Notes under the pieces: model-generated
What the model was told of the DNA's origin: nothing
Seen by the model: the letters and a program-made list of their open reading frames with translations, nothing else
Databases searched by the model: none
Shown here: positions 26,353 through 38,086 of the stretch, in pieces
Layout of the letters: each line of letters opens with the position of its first letter
Numbering within the stretch: position 1 is the stretch's first letter
Translations under genes and position numbers: made by a program
Source of the DNA: Lytechinus pictus
Lineage: Eukaryota
Assembly (NCBI RefSeq): GCF_037042905.1
Contig: NC_087250.1
Coordinates: 7,504,001 to 7,568,000, forward strand
Direction: 5' to 3'
DNA length: 64,000 bases

Positions 26353-29300
26353 TATTATTTCCCTTACGCTTGAATTTGAATTTAAGACTTACGCTTGATT
26401 TGCAATTGAACATAAGTTTCTTGCAGTGCCCCATAATTATGTTTTGTTATCAGATATTTAACGTGCTGATTTTTCTCGAAAGGTATAATATATTTGTCCT
26501 TTTAAACGGTATTTGAATATGGGTACGCCTTTTATTTGTTTTCCACAATATTTATTGCATGTATGAACAGAAGTGAAATATTTATTGTGAAGCACTGTGA
26601 ATGTTGTGTGATGGTTCATCATTTTTGTTATAAGACTGAAAGCCTGGTGGATGTGAGGAAGTGGCCTGGATGAAAGAAAAGTGAACATGTGTCCAATTAC
26701 TGATTTGCATATTCTAAGACAATTTTGTTTCTGGATAAATTTTGCTATGCATTCCCTACATTAAGAGTAAAGGAGAAGTCCACGCAATCAAAAATTCATT
26801 TGAATTTAAAGAAAAATAACAAGATATTGCAGGAAATTTCATAAAAACTTTGATTCAAATTTATATAATTACTATTTTAACAGTTCCGTAAATATAACCT
26901 ATTGTGATCAGATGAAGAGTTTCTATCGTCAAATCTGCAAAGAATAAAAAACAAAATGCCACAAAAATAGAAACGAATGTGATGTGAGTGACAACTCTAA
27001 TTTGCATATCATTGTTTTGTGTATATGACTGTTTTGAGTAAAAACAACAAGGGAAATTACTCTATTCAAATAATTTTTAGTTGATGTGGACTTGACTTTT
27101 AACTCTACCCCTCCCATCCCAAATAAGAGTAGAAATAATCTAATCAAGAACTTGAAAATCAAAAGCAGCAATTAAGAAGCAAGATATGATAAATACAGGT
27201 CTGAATAGAATTTCACAAGAAAATAAAAAGAGAAAAAAAAAATGGGTAGGGACAGGGAAGGAATAAAAAAAAAATACCCAGAAAAAAAAAACGAGTTTCG
27301 AACCAGGGTCCTCGCACATGACAAAACAATGGCCAACGCATTTGGCCACAGACCATCTCCCTAACAGGAAGGCATTTTTAAGATATATAAAAGAAAGTCC
27401 GCTCGCCGCTGTTTCCTAATAATGCTTCGGCAATTCAACTGCAATTTCAGTCATTTCGCGATGGATATTGCCGTGTTTTTTTTTGTGGTTCCTGACTTTG
27501 CTACTTAATGAAATTTCATAATTTTTGTTCAGTCATAAAGAAGAATGTCTATGCTTTATATTGACTATAACATTAATGTGACGCAAGTGTGATTTCTACG
27601 TGAAAATATGCTTTGTTTATTCACATATATTTCTTGAAAAAAAAAAAAATTCTAAGCTAAATATCGGTTACCAAAATACGTTAAATGTGCACTTTTTTTC
27701 ACTGTTCAGTAAATTCAAACTTTTATCTATATAACAAGACCAATCTTAAGAGGAATAAACAATTCTAAGAGCAAAAAACGCTGATTGGAAAGATCGTCTC
27801 CAATGGGCTGCTGTCAGCTCAGCTGCACACTGCTCATTGTGTGACGTCACTCAGCTGGAGCTCGCAAGAGGACCGGTGGAAGGCAGAAATATGGCATGAA
27901 AATAAATCATTTTTGAGAGCTGATTTCTGCAATCTCTGATCACTATTTTGAAAAGTGAAGTTATATATCTGATTAGTAATACTTCCCCTTTACAATGATG
28001 ACCACATAAAGTCATTATAAAATACTTTTGATTCTTTGGATGTATACTTTAAGAAAATGGGAATGTTGGGAGGAGTTTAGGGAGAGCTAAATGTGCCAAA
28101 AACAAAAACAAAATGAAAATAAATGAATAAAATAAATTAATTAATTAAAAGTATAAAATGAATAAATGATAAATAAGTTAAAAATAAAATAAGAATAAAT
28201 AACGTGTGTATAAATTATATAATAACGATAATGAATAAAGTATTTTTTCAATGAATGCTTAGGCATGAGAGTATTTTTCATTAATATATATATGTACATA
28301 TATATTTTTTTTTTCATTCTTACCATTCAGAGAAGGAAAACGTTTTTTCCGCCCCCACACGAGTAGAACGGGAAGGTTGTGACGACGAAGGGCATGGGAG
28401 GGGGGTTATGGGGAGGGGTAGAGGGTAGGGCCTGAGGCTGATGTTGTTATAGGATATGAAATATATGAGGAATGAGGCCAAGGTGTGGGGAGGGGGGTTA
28501 TGGAAAATCCTTGTTAATGGCTTTAATTCGACTAGGTTGTATTAATGATTGGTTTTGTGTATTTGGAAAATCTGTTACGTTGTGAATATTTTGACACAAG
28601 AAAAAAAATCGAGTACGTTGAGTTTTATTAGGTTTTATTGTAACACTAAAGGAAAAAAGAGAAAATTTAAAGTGTATATGAGTTTACAATGTATTCATAT
28701 ATTAATTTGTAAAGATATATTGTATTTGATGTATGTATTTTATTTTGTATATGACATGTATGAATTGAAGTTGTTGACAAATAAAAACTTCTTAATACAA
28801 AAAAAAAACCACCACTCGAATAAGAAGACTGTCGTTATATTGTAAATATCATCCGCTAACGTAGAACTAGAAAACAAAATCGGTTAGCTCTAGTGCAACG
28901 AGCCACGAGTCTGATAGTGATACACAAAAAATTGTATCTTCGGCGACGTGCATGAAATATGTTTTTATTACGACTGGTACCGAAGTCTATAGTCTGACCA
29001 TTGATTGATTGGTTGAGCGTGAGCGCGCGCGTCACAGTATGGGTCAAAAAGTTGTTTTTCTTCGCTAGATAATCGTCCATTCGTCCTGTTGTCCAATTCA
29101 GAATTCCTTGGAGAATCTTTCATTTGCAGTTGTGTGATATTAAAATTAGGAAACTGAATATGGTGATAGCGAACCTGTGAAGATCGTTTCAATTACCATC
29201 TTGCGAATAACGTCCTTTAGTGTGTATAGTCCGTACGTACATGCACAGGATATACGTCCTTAACCGACCAATCAGAGAATGGCTAACGTGCTGTCTTTAA

Positions 29301-29636
29301 CGGGACGTTAGCGAGCCGTCTGTGTACGAGGAGAAATAAAAAAAATAAAAAAAGTTAAAAAACTCCTCGAAACAGACGGCTGCCAGCTGTCTATAGGATA
29401 CACTGCCATACTGACACTACTGATTACTGTGTCTGTACATGTCCATCTACGATACACACAGAGACACTGCACTCACGCACTGCCACTGGCATCCAATCCT
29501 ACTCCACAACCACACACTACGACTACGTCAGACTCTGACCGCGCTGACATTTACTACTCTTCTTGGGGGCAACAGAACAAGGAGAACATCAGAATACCTG
29601 ATACTCATATTATTCAATGTCATACATGTTTCATAC

Positions 29637-29709
29637 CTTCACTCCAAGCTTTATTTCTCGGGTCAAAAGACAATTTCTGTCGCCGTCGCGGCTCCGCAAG
29701 CATCGCCAT
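29637..29709 (-). CDS. PINX1: PINX1 exon 1 (MAMLAEPRRRQKLSFDPRNKAWSE)
   Basis: Manual translation matches the conserved PinX1 N-terminus (MxMLAExRRxQK..DPxNxAWS). GT donor (gtatga). Phase 1 fits exon 2. Confidence 0.93.
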
Positions 29710-30188
29710 CTTGTCGGTGCACGTGGATCAACTAAAAATATGTAAATAAATCTAGCTTCTTTATCAGACTGTCTGAATAATAGAAAAATAATTATTATTT
29801 GTTTTTTTAATTGTTTTTTATTATAAATGGTATCAAATAAGAACAGATATATTTATCAATCGTAATTATGAAATTCCTTTATACTTTACAAAGAAATATA
29901 CATAAATAAATATTTAGAAAATGACCCTAAATGCCTTGTACCATATTTAAATTTATGAACAACTCGGTTTAAATGTCCGTACCTTCGTCCAATCAGAGCA
30001 GAGTATTTGCGAAAGCGGAGATCTTCATCGGCCAATGAACGACCACTATTCATTGAATACCGGCCCGCTGTTTTTAAATGCACAAAAGATCGTCAGAAAC
30101 AGGCGATCGCAGCTGACTTGATCGACGCATTGAAATTGTCTGCAGTTTTTTGGACAAATTTTGAAATATTTTGGCTTAAAATATTAAG
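29710..30188. promoter_or_regulatory. Bidirectional promoter and 5' UTRs shared by PINX1 and PLK1
   Basis: 479 bp between divergent ATGs. CCAAT boxes at 29989 and 30032, CHR-like TTTAAA at 30073 and TTTGAA at 30160, E-box CACGTG at ~29720, AAGATGGCG (YY1-type) overlapping both start codons. Confidence 0.75.
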
Positions 30189-30293
30189 ATGGCGTCAAGA
30201 CATAAGGAAGATCTCAGAGTAAAGGAAGTTCCTGATGTTGTTACAGATCCATCAACTGGAAAAACATACACAAAAGGAAGATTTTTGGGCAAG
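30189..30293 (+). CDS. PLK1: Polo-like kinase 1 exon 1 (MASRHKED...KGRFLGK)
   Basis: Leads into the GRFLGKGGFAKCYE Gly-rich loop; gtaact donor. Confidence 0.93.
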
Positions 30294-32497
30294 GTAACTC
30301 GTGAGCTTTTTTTTTTTCATTTTCAGTTAGTGTTGAGTCGTGTTGCCTGTTGAGCTGTGTGTGTGTGAATAGTAAAGTGACCTGCAGCTGCACTGCACTG
30401 TGCACAGCCACAGTGCCAGTGGAGTGTGAGGTTTTGCGTCATTTGAATGGAGTCAGGAAATTGTGTTGAAATTTAATGGATTATCAAAATAGTGGAGGTA
30501 TCAGTTAAAAGAGAAGAAAGAGAGGGGGCACATATCTGCGTACCGCAAGGTTAAACGAAATAAAAAGTTAGTTAACCCGAGTGAAATGAGGCAAAAATTA
30601 ACATTTATTTTAGAAAACTCCACAAAAATTTTGGTTGATATACTTTTTTAAACCAGGCCAAGACAAGTTTATAATTAAACTTGTTACTGTTAGGGGGATT
30701 GGAATTTGGAACAACTCAACCTCGCCTCCGCCTCCAAAACGGGGCTGAGCTGGATCTCATTCTCAGTTTCTCACCTGTTTCGTGAAGACGTGATTTTTTT
30801 CTTCATAATTTTGTGTTCATTTATCTTCATTACGATATTTCTTGAAAGTTGAAACAATTGTTCAAGCAAGGAATCAGCCGGATCATCCGCCCGGATGGTA
30901 CTGTAATTCTTTCTATCTTGACTAACTTTGTTAGAATGTTCAGTATTAGAAGGTCTGTTTTCATTGAAATAACAAAACAAGATCTAGAAATAGAATCATA
31001 CTGTTTTTTTGCAAAAAAATATTAGAATTGGAACAAATTATGATTTTCTTGCAAAAAAATGTGGAAAGTCATTTTCAGATTAAACTAAAAAAAAAAGTGA
31101 TCAATGCCCAAATATGAGACCATGATCATGACTTATACATCACACTACATAATTAGCATGTTAGATTTCGATCAATTAAGATTTTATTCACTCTATCGAC
31201 CCCCTCTCGGGTACTATGAGGTATGACTATGAGAGTACAGCATATGGATATTATGGGTCAATTCATATCAAATCAACAAATTTTCAGACAATTTGTCACC
31301 CGACCCCCTCCGATCTTCAAACTTGTGCCAGGAGTAGCTGCTCCTCTGTGACTTATTCCATCACAAAATTGAAACTTTAAATAAAAAATTGTAAAGAATG
31401 CTTTGGTTGATTTTCATGAAAGCCTCACCAATATTTCTTTTTTTCAAATGATTGTCAGGGTGAACTTCCCTTTTTAAAAGTGATCTACATCACATGTATC
31501 TAACAAGACAAACAACCCACCTGGCCACTTCCATTAACTAGTGGATTTTATAGGCAAAAAACTTCTCTTTTGTAACTCATGTCATCAGTCGTTCAGCTGA
31601 TATTTTCAAAATAAATCCCCTGTCCATAGCCCAAGTACAACACATTAAACAACACATACCTAAATGTTCTTTTATAGTTATACATTTTGGCTTACAATAG
31701 TTACATGTAATTTGCCGAAATTCCCCCCACCGCATGCGGAGTAGGCCTTGGAATTATAGGTCTTTAGAACCACAGGTCCATGGTGGAACATAAGGGGGGG
31801 GGGATATTTTACAACTGTTGAGTTCCTAGATTTATATTTCTCCCTCATTGTCAATGTGGGCCACAGTGTAAAGATGTTAACTTGCCCAATGCCCCAATCC
31901 ATACCCTACTAAAAATACCCCAAAAAAAATAATAGATGTGTTCTGAGGAAAATCCATCAAAGATTAAGAAAGTCATTATATTTTTTTTTTATTTGTGACA
32001 TATGATCTCAGCTGCCCCAATACAAAATACATAAATTTCAATTTTTTTAACGGTTCATGATGACTTCAACTTCTTTTTTTTTTTTTTCTTTCAGAAGCAG
32101 GTGTTAAATGATTTGTATGTTGATATACTAAAGGACTCTAATCAGGGGTGTGAGAGTTCAGATTTTTATCTGATTTTAGATTTTTTTTTTTTTTTTTGAT
32201 TTTCAGCTTAATTTCAGCTTATTTTTTGCCTTCCTCTGTACAAAAAGTATGGGAGCTCTTTCTATTTCAGACTTTTTCAATACTCTTCAGCTTTTTTCAG
32301 ATCTTTTTATTTGTGACCACTCACACCCCTGTCTAATTTAAACCATTTTCAATTCTTTTAAGAAAATGACATTTCATTGATTTTTTTTACTACAAGATGT
32401 ACATGTACAGTGTAGGCTAAGATAGCTGTTACCCCTTTCAAATGCACCTGTGGCTGTACTGAGCCATTACATTATTTTTTTCTTTGTGTCTATACAG

Positions 32498-32605
32498 GGT
32501 GGTTTCGCTAAGTGTTATGAGCTGACTGATGATGCCTCCAAACAGATCTACGCTGGCAAGGTCGTCTCGAAAGCCCTTCTTGTCAAACCTCACCAAAAAG
32601 ACAAG
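32498..32605 (+). CDS. PLK1: PLK1 exon 2 (GGFAKCYEL...YAGKVV...PHQKDK)
   Basis: Kinase subdomains I-II; AG/GT sites. Confidence 0.96.
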
Positions 32606-33066
32606 GTACTATATATCATGTTACACTTTTTTTTTACACAGGGATTACCGGTAAATGCTGATTCTTGCTGAAGTAGCTTTTTTTTTTTTTTTTTGGATTT
32701 TGTGTTTATTGAATCGACAATATTTTTGAAATGTACATAAAATTGAATACAATTCGACACAAACAACCATGGAAAAAATAGGGGAAAAAAAGGAAAAAGA
32801 AAAAATGCTATATGGTTAGCAGGTTATTCCCTTCAAATTTGGTAGCAAGTCATTCCCTGGTTTGTATAAACTTCATGTTATTTGTCAGATTCAGATATAA
32901 CTTAGCATTTATACCTAATATACTGTCTTTATTTCTCTTTCAAAAAAAAGAGAGAAATAATAGACAGCATTTAGGAATTTGGGGGTAAAATTGGAGTTGC
33001 ATGTACCTGTACTGTATTTAACACTGACTATGGTATGTGTGCATTCCTGCACCCTGTATACAGCAG

Positions 33067-33343
33067 GGCCCCGTCTTACAAAGAGTTACGATTGATCTAA
33101 TCAATCGTAACTCTATGGAAATCCATCAGTGTCATAATTTTTTCTACAGGAAAGGTGCACAATGTCCTTTGTAAACAAAGAGAAGCATAATGAATTTTCA
33201 AGACAACGATGAATCAGAATGCATGAATATACATCATAGTAAGAAAATATTCTGAACAAACATGCATTATAGACGTTGACATTGCTGGCAGTCCATAATT
33301 GTGATCGATCGGATCAATCGCAATTTGTATTAAAGACGGAGCC
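33067..33343. mobile_element. MITE family B (GGCCCCGTCTTACAAAGAG TIR); other copies at ~36983-37254, ~52181-52454, ~53498-53960
   Basis: Shared TIR and internal sequence among four copies. Confidence 0.75.
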
Positions 33344-33484
33344 CAGCCCAGGAATGCTACACTCCTTTCCAGAAAATGATTATAGAATAGCATTTAAAAC
33401 AAATGGTAGGGTGACAGTACAATTGGATACAGTAATCAATTCTTCAAATCTTCTCCATTATGACCAAATTGTTTACTATTGCAG

Positions 33485-33601
33485 ATGACGATGGAGATCC
33501 ACATTCACAAGAGCCTCCACCACCGTCACATCGTAGGCTTTCATAGCTTCTTTGAAGACAAGGACAACGTTTATGTGTTACTGGAGTTGTGCAGGAGGAG
33601 G
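33485..33601 (+). CDS. PLK1: PLK1 exon 3 ([11 protein letters not shown]...[11 protein letters not shown])
   Basis: Polo hinge LELCRRR; AG/GT sites. Confidence 0.96.
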
Positions 33602-33646
33602 GTAAGTGAATGTGTCTTGTAAATATATATACAATGACTTAATTAA

Positions 33647-34230
33647 AGGAGAATGAAACCCTTGAAACCAGCTGAATCCATATCAAAGAGAAAAATCAAA
33701 GAAACATATTGTTGAAAGTTTGAGGAAGATTGAATGAATAATAAGAAAGTTATGAGCATTTGAATATTGAGATCACTAATGCCATGTAGTTCCTCCCATT
33801 GGCAATGCGACCAAGATCTGTGATGTCACACACGTACAACTCCCTCATTACTTTAGTACTTATTTCACTTATATTCTCACTTTTATAGAGTCTATCACAA
33901 GGTGATGTGTTCTCTTTATGAGAGGACAAGTACAGAGGTTTCACAACATTATATCATTGATGAATCGTTTGTCATATGATTAGAATGAGCAAAAAGAGAT
34001 GTTTTGGGGTATATTTTCAGTGTCCAAAAGGGGAGAGTTGTTCATCTGTGACATCATAGATCTTGGTCGCATTGCCAATGGGAGGATCTCCATAGCATTA
34101 GTGATCTCGGCATTCAAATGCTCATAACTCTTCTATTGCTAGTTCTATTTTACTCAAACTTTTATTGATCTTATTCTTTGATTTTTCTGCTTTCACAAAA
34201 GTTAACTTGCTCCAAGAGTTTCATTCTCCT
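33647..34230. mobile_element. Kolobok-like MITE with long inverted arms
   Basis: TTAA|AGGAGAATGAAAC...TTTCATTCTCCT|TTAA. Confidence 0.8.
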
Positions 34231-34342
34231 TTAAGTTATGATATCATTCACACTTTTTCTGCAATGTGTCCCTGTACAACATGACAGACTTCAAACCATG
34301 ATACATATAAAGCCATGACACAGCTTACATGTATGTTGTTAA

Positions 34343-34973
34343 AGGACAAGTCCACCCATCCAAAAGTTGATTTGAATAAAAAGAGAATCCAACAAGCATA
34401 TCACTAAAAAAATCATCAAAATCAGACGTAAAATAAGAAAGTTATGACATTTTACTTAAATCTTTGTGAAACACCCCCCTGGTTTATTAAGTCTCTTAGT
34501 TTGCTTATTTTCACAAAACAATTATATGCACATCCTGGTCGGTATGCAAATTGGCAGACTGATGATGTCACCCACTCACTATTTCTTTTGTATTTTATTA
34601 TAAGAAATATGAAATATTCTAATTTTCTTCTTGTCAAGTGAAACAAAGTTTTATTTCTCCCTGAACACATGAAATTACCATTATTTTAACAGTTTATGGT
34701 TAAGTTGTTCCTTATTGTCAAATCTGTAAAAAATTGAAATATTGTATTCAAACAATAAAAGAAATAAATAAATAGTGAGTGATGGACATCATCGACTCTC
34801 TCATTTGCATATCGCTTAGTTGTGCATTTAACTGTTTTGTGAAAAAATAAGCGAAACTTAAAAATGTCAGCTTTCTTATTTTACATCCGATTTCGATGAA
34901 ATTTGCTGTGTTATGTTAGTTAGATTTTTCTCTATTTATTCAAATCAACATCTTTCTGGGGTGGACTTGACCT
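34343..34973. mobile_element. Kolobok-like MITE (AGGACAAGTCCACCC family)
   Basis: TTAA TSD and TIR; relatives at 26771-27098 and 58052-58390. Confidence 0.8.
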
Positions 34974-35051
34974 TTAAAGAGAGCTCAAAACAACTAATGT
35001 CCGTCGCTGTCGTTATTGGCTGATTCTCTTCATTTACTTTCTCTCCAACAG

Positions 35052-35269
35052 TCGCTAATGGAGCTTCACAAAAGACGGAAGGCGATCACTGAGCCAGAGA
35101 CTCGTTACTTCATGCGGCAGTGCATCCTGGCCTGTCAGTATCTGTCCAAGACGAAGGTGATCCACCGTGACCTCAAGCTTGGTAACCTCTTCCTCGATGA
35201 CAACATGGAGATCAAGGTCGGCGACTTTGGCCTTGCTACCAAGGTCGACTTCAGCGGAGAGCGCAAGAA
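35052..35269 (+). CDS. PLK1: PLK1 exon 4 ([10 protein letters not shown]...HRDLKLGN...DFGLATK)
   Basis: Catalytic HRDLK and DFG motifs. Confidence 0.97.
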
Positions 35270-35419
35270 GTAAGTCCTGCGGAGGAGACGTGTGATTTTA
35301 CAATGATAGGTCATTTATTTGTCTATTGTATTTGTGATTTAGGTATGATAAGGCATCAATAATTCTTGGTTTTCATTTTTTTTTTCTGGGACACTCTGTA
35401 TAATGATTGTAACTTTTGA

Positions 35420-35542
<123 letters not shown>

Positions 35543-36124
35543 TAAGTCTTTTTAAAATATTCCTTCTCAGGGTAAATTGCCAACTTGTCCACTCACCAGA
35601 TGGCCTACCTTCGTTTAATCTAAAGCCATTACGTCCAACAGCCATTTGGTCCAATTATCACTTTGTCTAATTAGACCAAGTGGTATATGGACTAAATGGC
35701 TATTTGACCAACTGGTTATCAGACGAAACAGTGAGTGGATGAAATGGCAATTAGACCATGTGGTCAGTGGACGAAGTGATGGTAGACCAAATGATAGTAG
35801 ACGAGTTGGCAATTGGACGAATTGGCATTAGACCAAATGAAAATAAACCCTTCTGAGATGGTCATTGGTTTGTGCAGGTCCTATATATTTACAGATGAAA
35901 ACAGGTGTAAAGCCATTTCGTTAATTGGTCAGACTTGGAATTATAGGCAAAATGGAAACTTCTTGTGTACAATTGCTCATTCAACTTGTAGAAATATTTT
36001 TAGACATTGATAATTTTATTTTCAACTTAGATAAGGTTTTTGCATGTACATGTAACCACAAAACAAAAGTTATCTAGCCAATCAGTCTGTTTCAGTATAA
36101 AAGACCAATTATTTTGGTCTTTTG

Positions 36125-36428
36125 TGGCCCAAGCGTTGTGGCCCAGTGGATTAGTCTTTTGACTTTGAAACAGAGGATCGTGGGTTCGAATCCCAGCCAT
36201 GGCATAATTTCCTTCAGCAAGAAATTAATCCACATTGTGCTGCACTCGACCCAGGTGAGGTGAATGGGTACCCGACTACCCGGCAGGATTAATTCCTTGA
36301 ATGCACTGAGTGCTGAAAGGCAGCTCGAGCTAAAGCCGGGGTAATAATGATAATAACAATGCGCCTTGGAATATATTTTTTCTAATCTAGATAGATGGCG
36401 CTGTATAAATGCCTGTTATTATTATTAT
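36125..36428 (+). mobile_element. tRNA-derived SINE; partial copy at ~39630-39770
   Basis: A box (TGGCCCAGTGG), B box (GGTTCGAATCC), core body, (ATT)n tail. Confidence 0.8.
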
Positions 36429-36773
36429 ATTGATAATTTTTTTCAGTTTTCTGATTGTTGCTTCTAAGGCAAGTAAGATTTTTTTTTTTCTTTCTTTCTT
36501 TCTTTTTTTAACCATAATTCTTTTCCTTTGCCTATTACATATACTTGCTCTGTCTTTATTCAATAGGGACAGTCCCTATTTTCGGGAAAGAAGTCAATCA
36601 ATTTTCATCCATAATACCCCTATTTTTGTGAAAGTTAATTTCCATAGGGTTTTTTAGAAAATTTAACCAATGTCTCTATGTATTAGTCTAGTTTTTTTTT
36701 TTTTTTTTTTTTTTTTTGGCTGTAATCCTTTGTCCTTCTTTATGGACTTGCACTGTTTTGATCTGTCCTCCAG

Positions 36774-36912
36774 GTACACATTATTGGTTGGGAAACCCCC
36801 TTTTGAGACCCAGAGCTTGAAAGACACTTATCAACGAATCAAGAGGAATGAATACAGAATACCATCCAGTGTCGGTACACCGGCTCGCAATCTCATTGTA
36901 AAATTACTCAAG
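36774..36912 (+). CDS. PLK1: PLK1 exon 6 ([12 protein letters not shown]...)
   Basis: Polo-conserved sequence; AG/GT in phase. Confidence 0.96.
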
Positions 36913-37535
36913 GTAAGTAAAGACTTTCGTAACGATGGTAATAATAGTTTTTGTGCAGTACTTGTCACATGATATAACAACTGGGTCCCGTCTTACAAAG
37001 AGTCACAATTGATCCAATCAATCGTAACTCTATGGAAATCCATCAGTGTCCTAATTTTTTCTATAGGAGATTGGCACAATGTCCGTTGTAAACAAAGAGA
37101 AGCACAGTGAATTTTCAAGAAAACAATGAATGCAGGAATTTACACTATAGTTGGAAAATATTTTGAACAACCATGAATAATACATGTTGATGTTGCCGGC
37201 CGTCCATAGTTGCAATTGATTGGATCAATCGCAACTCTTTGTAAGACAGGGCTCTGTAGTATATAATGTGATATGTATCTATATCTGAATGATTGTTTTC
37301 CTATTCTCATTGCATGTCCATGTAAACACTATGACATCAAACTTTTGAAAAGAAGCTTTGGACAGATTTCTTGCATTCTCTCTCATCCCCTTGTCATTAA
37401 ATCAATCTAGAGTTTTCAGATCAACCCTCTTCCGAGATGTACCCTACCGCCTCGGCTCCCCGTCGCCTATTTTACTATGGCTAGGAATGTATTCTTACAA
37501 AGCCTGTTCTTATGTAAATCAATCTTTCCCTTTAG

Positions 37536-37920
37536 AGCGATGCCCAACAGAGACCACCCATTGATTCCCTACAGGATGTATTCTTTACCTCAGGGTACCT
37601 ACTGCCTCAGCTCCCAACCATCTCACTATGGCTAAAATCTCTTTTTCCTTCTTCCCCTGCAGAACGATCCTCAACAGAGGCCGCACATTGGCGTCCCCCT
37701 CCAGGACGAGTTCTTTACCTCAGGGTACCTACTGCCTCAGCACCCAATCATCTCACTATGGCTAAAACCTTTTCCCTTCTTCCCCTTCAGAACGATCCTC
37801 AACAGAGGCTGCACATTGACGTCCCGCTCCATGACGAGTTCTTTACCTCAGGGTACCTACTGCCTCAGCTCCCACCCATCTCGCTATGGCTAAACCCTCT
37901 TTTTCCTTCTTCCCCTTCAG
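37536..37920 (+). repeat. Three ~128-bp tandem duplicates of the PLK1 exon 7 acceptor and 5' exon sequence
   Basis: Units start at 37536, 37663 and 37791; the true exon starts at 37921. Confidence 0.9.
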
Positions 37921-38086
37921 AACGATCCTCAACAGAGGCCGCACATTGACGTCCTCCTCCAGGACGAGTTCTTCACCTCAGGGTACCTACCACCTCAGCT
38001 TCCAACCACTTGTCTTACCATGGCTCCAAGGTTCCAAGTGCCAGTATCCTCATCCAGAAGACCTTTATTAGAAGTCCAAGCACAGG
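37921..38086 (+). CDS. PLK1: PLK1 exon 7 (NDPQQRP...[18 protein letters not shown]...RRPLLEV)
   Basis: End of the kinase domain plus an RxxL D-box-like motif; the only nearby acceptor that keeps the frame open. Confidence 0.92.

Larger units (their letters stand above)
19704..28048. mobile_element. 8.3-kb Kolobok-like DNA element, no recognisable transposase
   Basis: 17-bp TIR AGTATACATCCAAAGAA, TTAA TSD on both sides, AG...CT ends; removing it restores the LINE reading frame. Confidence 0.88.
16500..28808 (+). mobile_element. 5'-truncated, decayed L1/Tx1-clade LINE (ORF2 pseudogene, 3' UTR and poly(A)), split by two insertions
   Basis: YRPISLLNIDYKIL, DFQKAFD, GVRQG, YADD (~17329) and zinc finger CSYC..ETYRHLFF, with stops and frameshifts. 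C-terminus resumes at 28053 (RKWECW...*). G-rich 3' UTR, AATAAA at 28780, A-tail at 28799-28808. The 5' boundary is approximate. Confidence 0.88.
14147..29308. mobile_element. 15.2-kb composite non-autonomous TIR DNA element with nested insertions
   Basis: Perfect 43-bp TIR (ACGTCCCGTTAAAGACAGCACGTTAGCCATTCTCTGATTGGTC) at 14147 and 29266-29308; 8-bp TSD TAGCGAGC at 14139-14146 and 29309-29316. Confidence 0.9.

Noticed and set aside
27290..27352. tRNA-Asp-like gene on the minus strand
   Set aside because: Degenerate A/B boxes without a complete cloverleaf; at most a SINE head or pseudogene relic.
14147..29308. Polinton/Maverick or RAG/Transib-type transposon
   Set aside because: The size fits a Polinton, but no polB, integrase, capsid or RAG-like ORFs are present. 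The TSD is 8 bp rather than 6 or 5, and the ends are neither AG...CT nor CAC...GTG.
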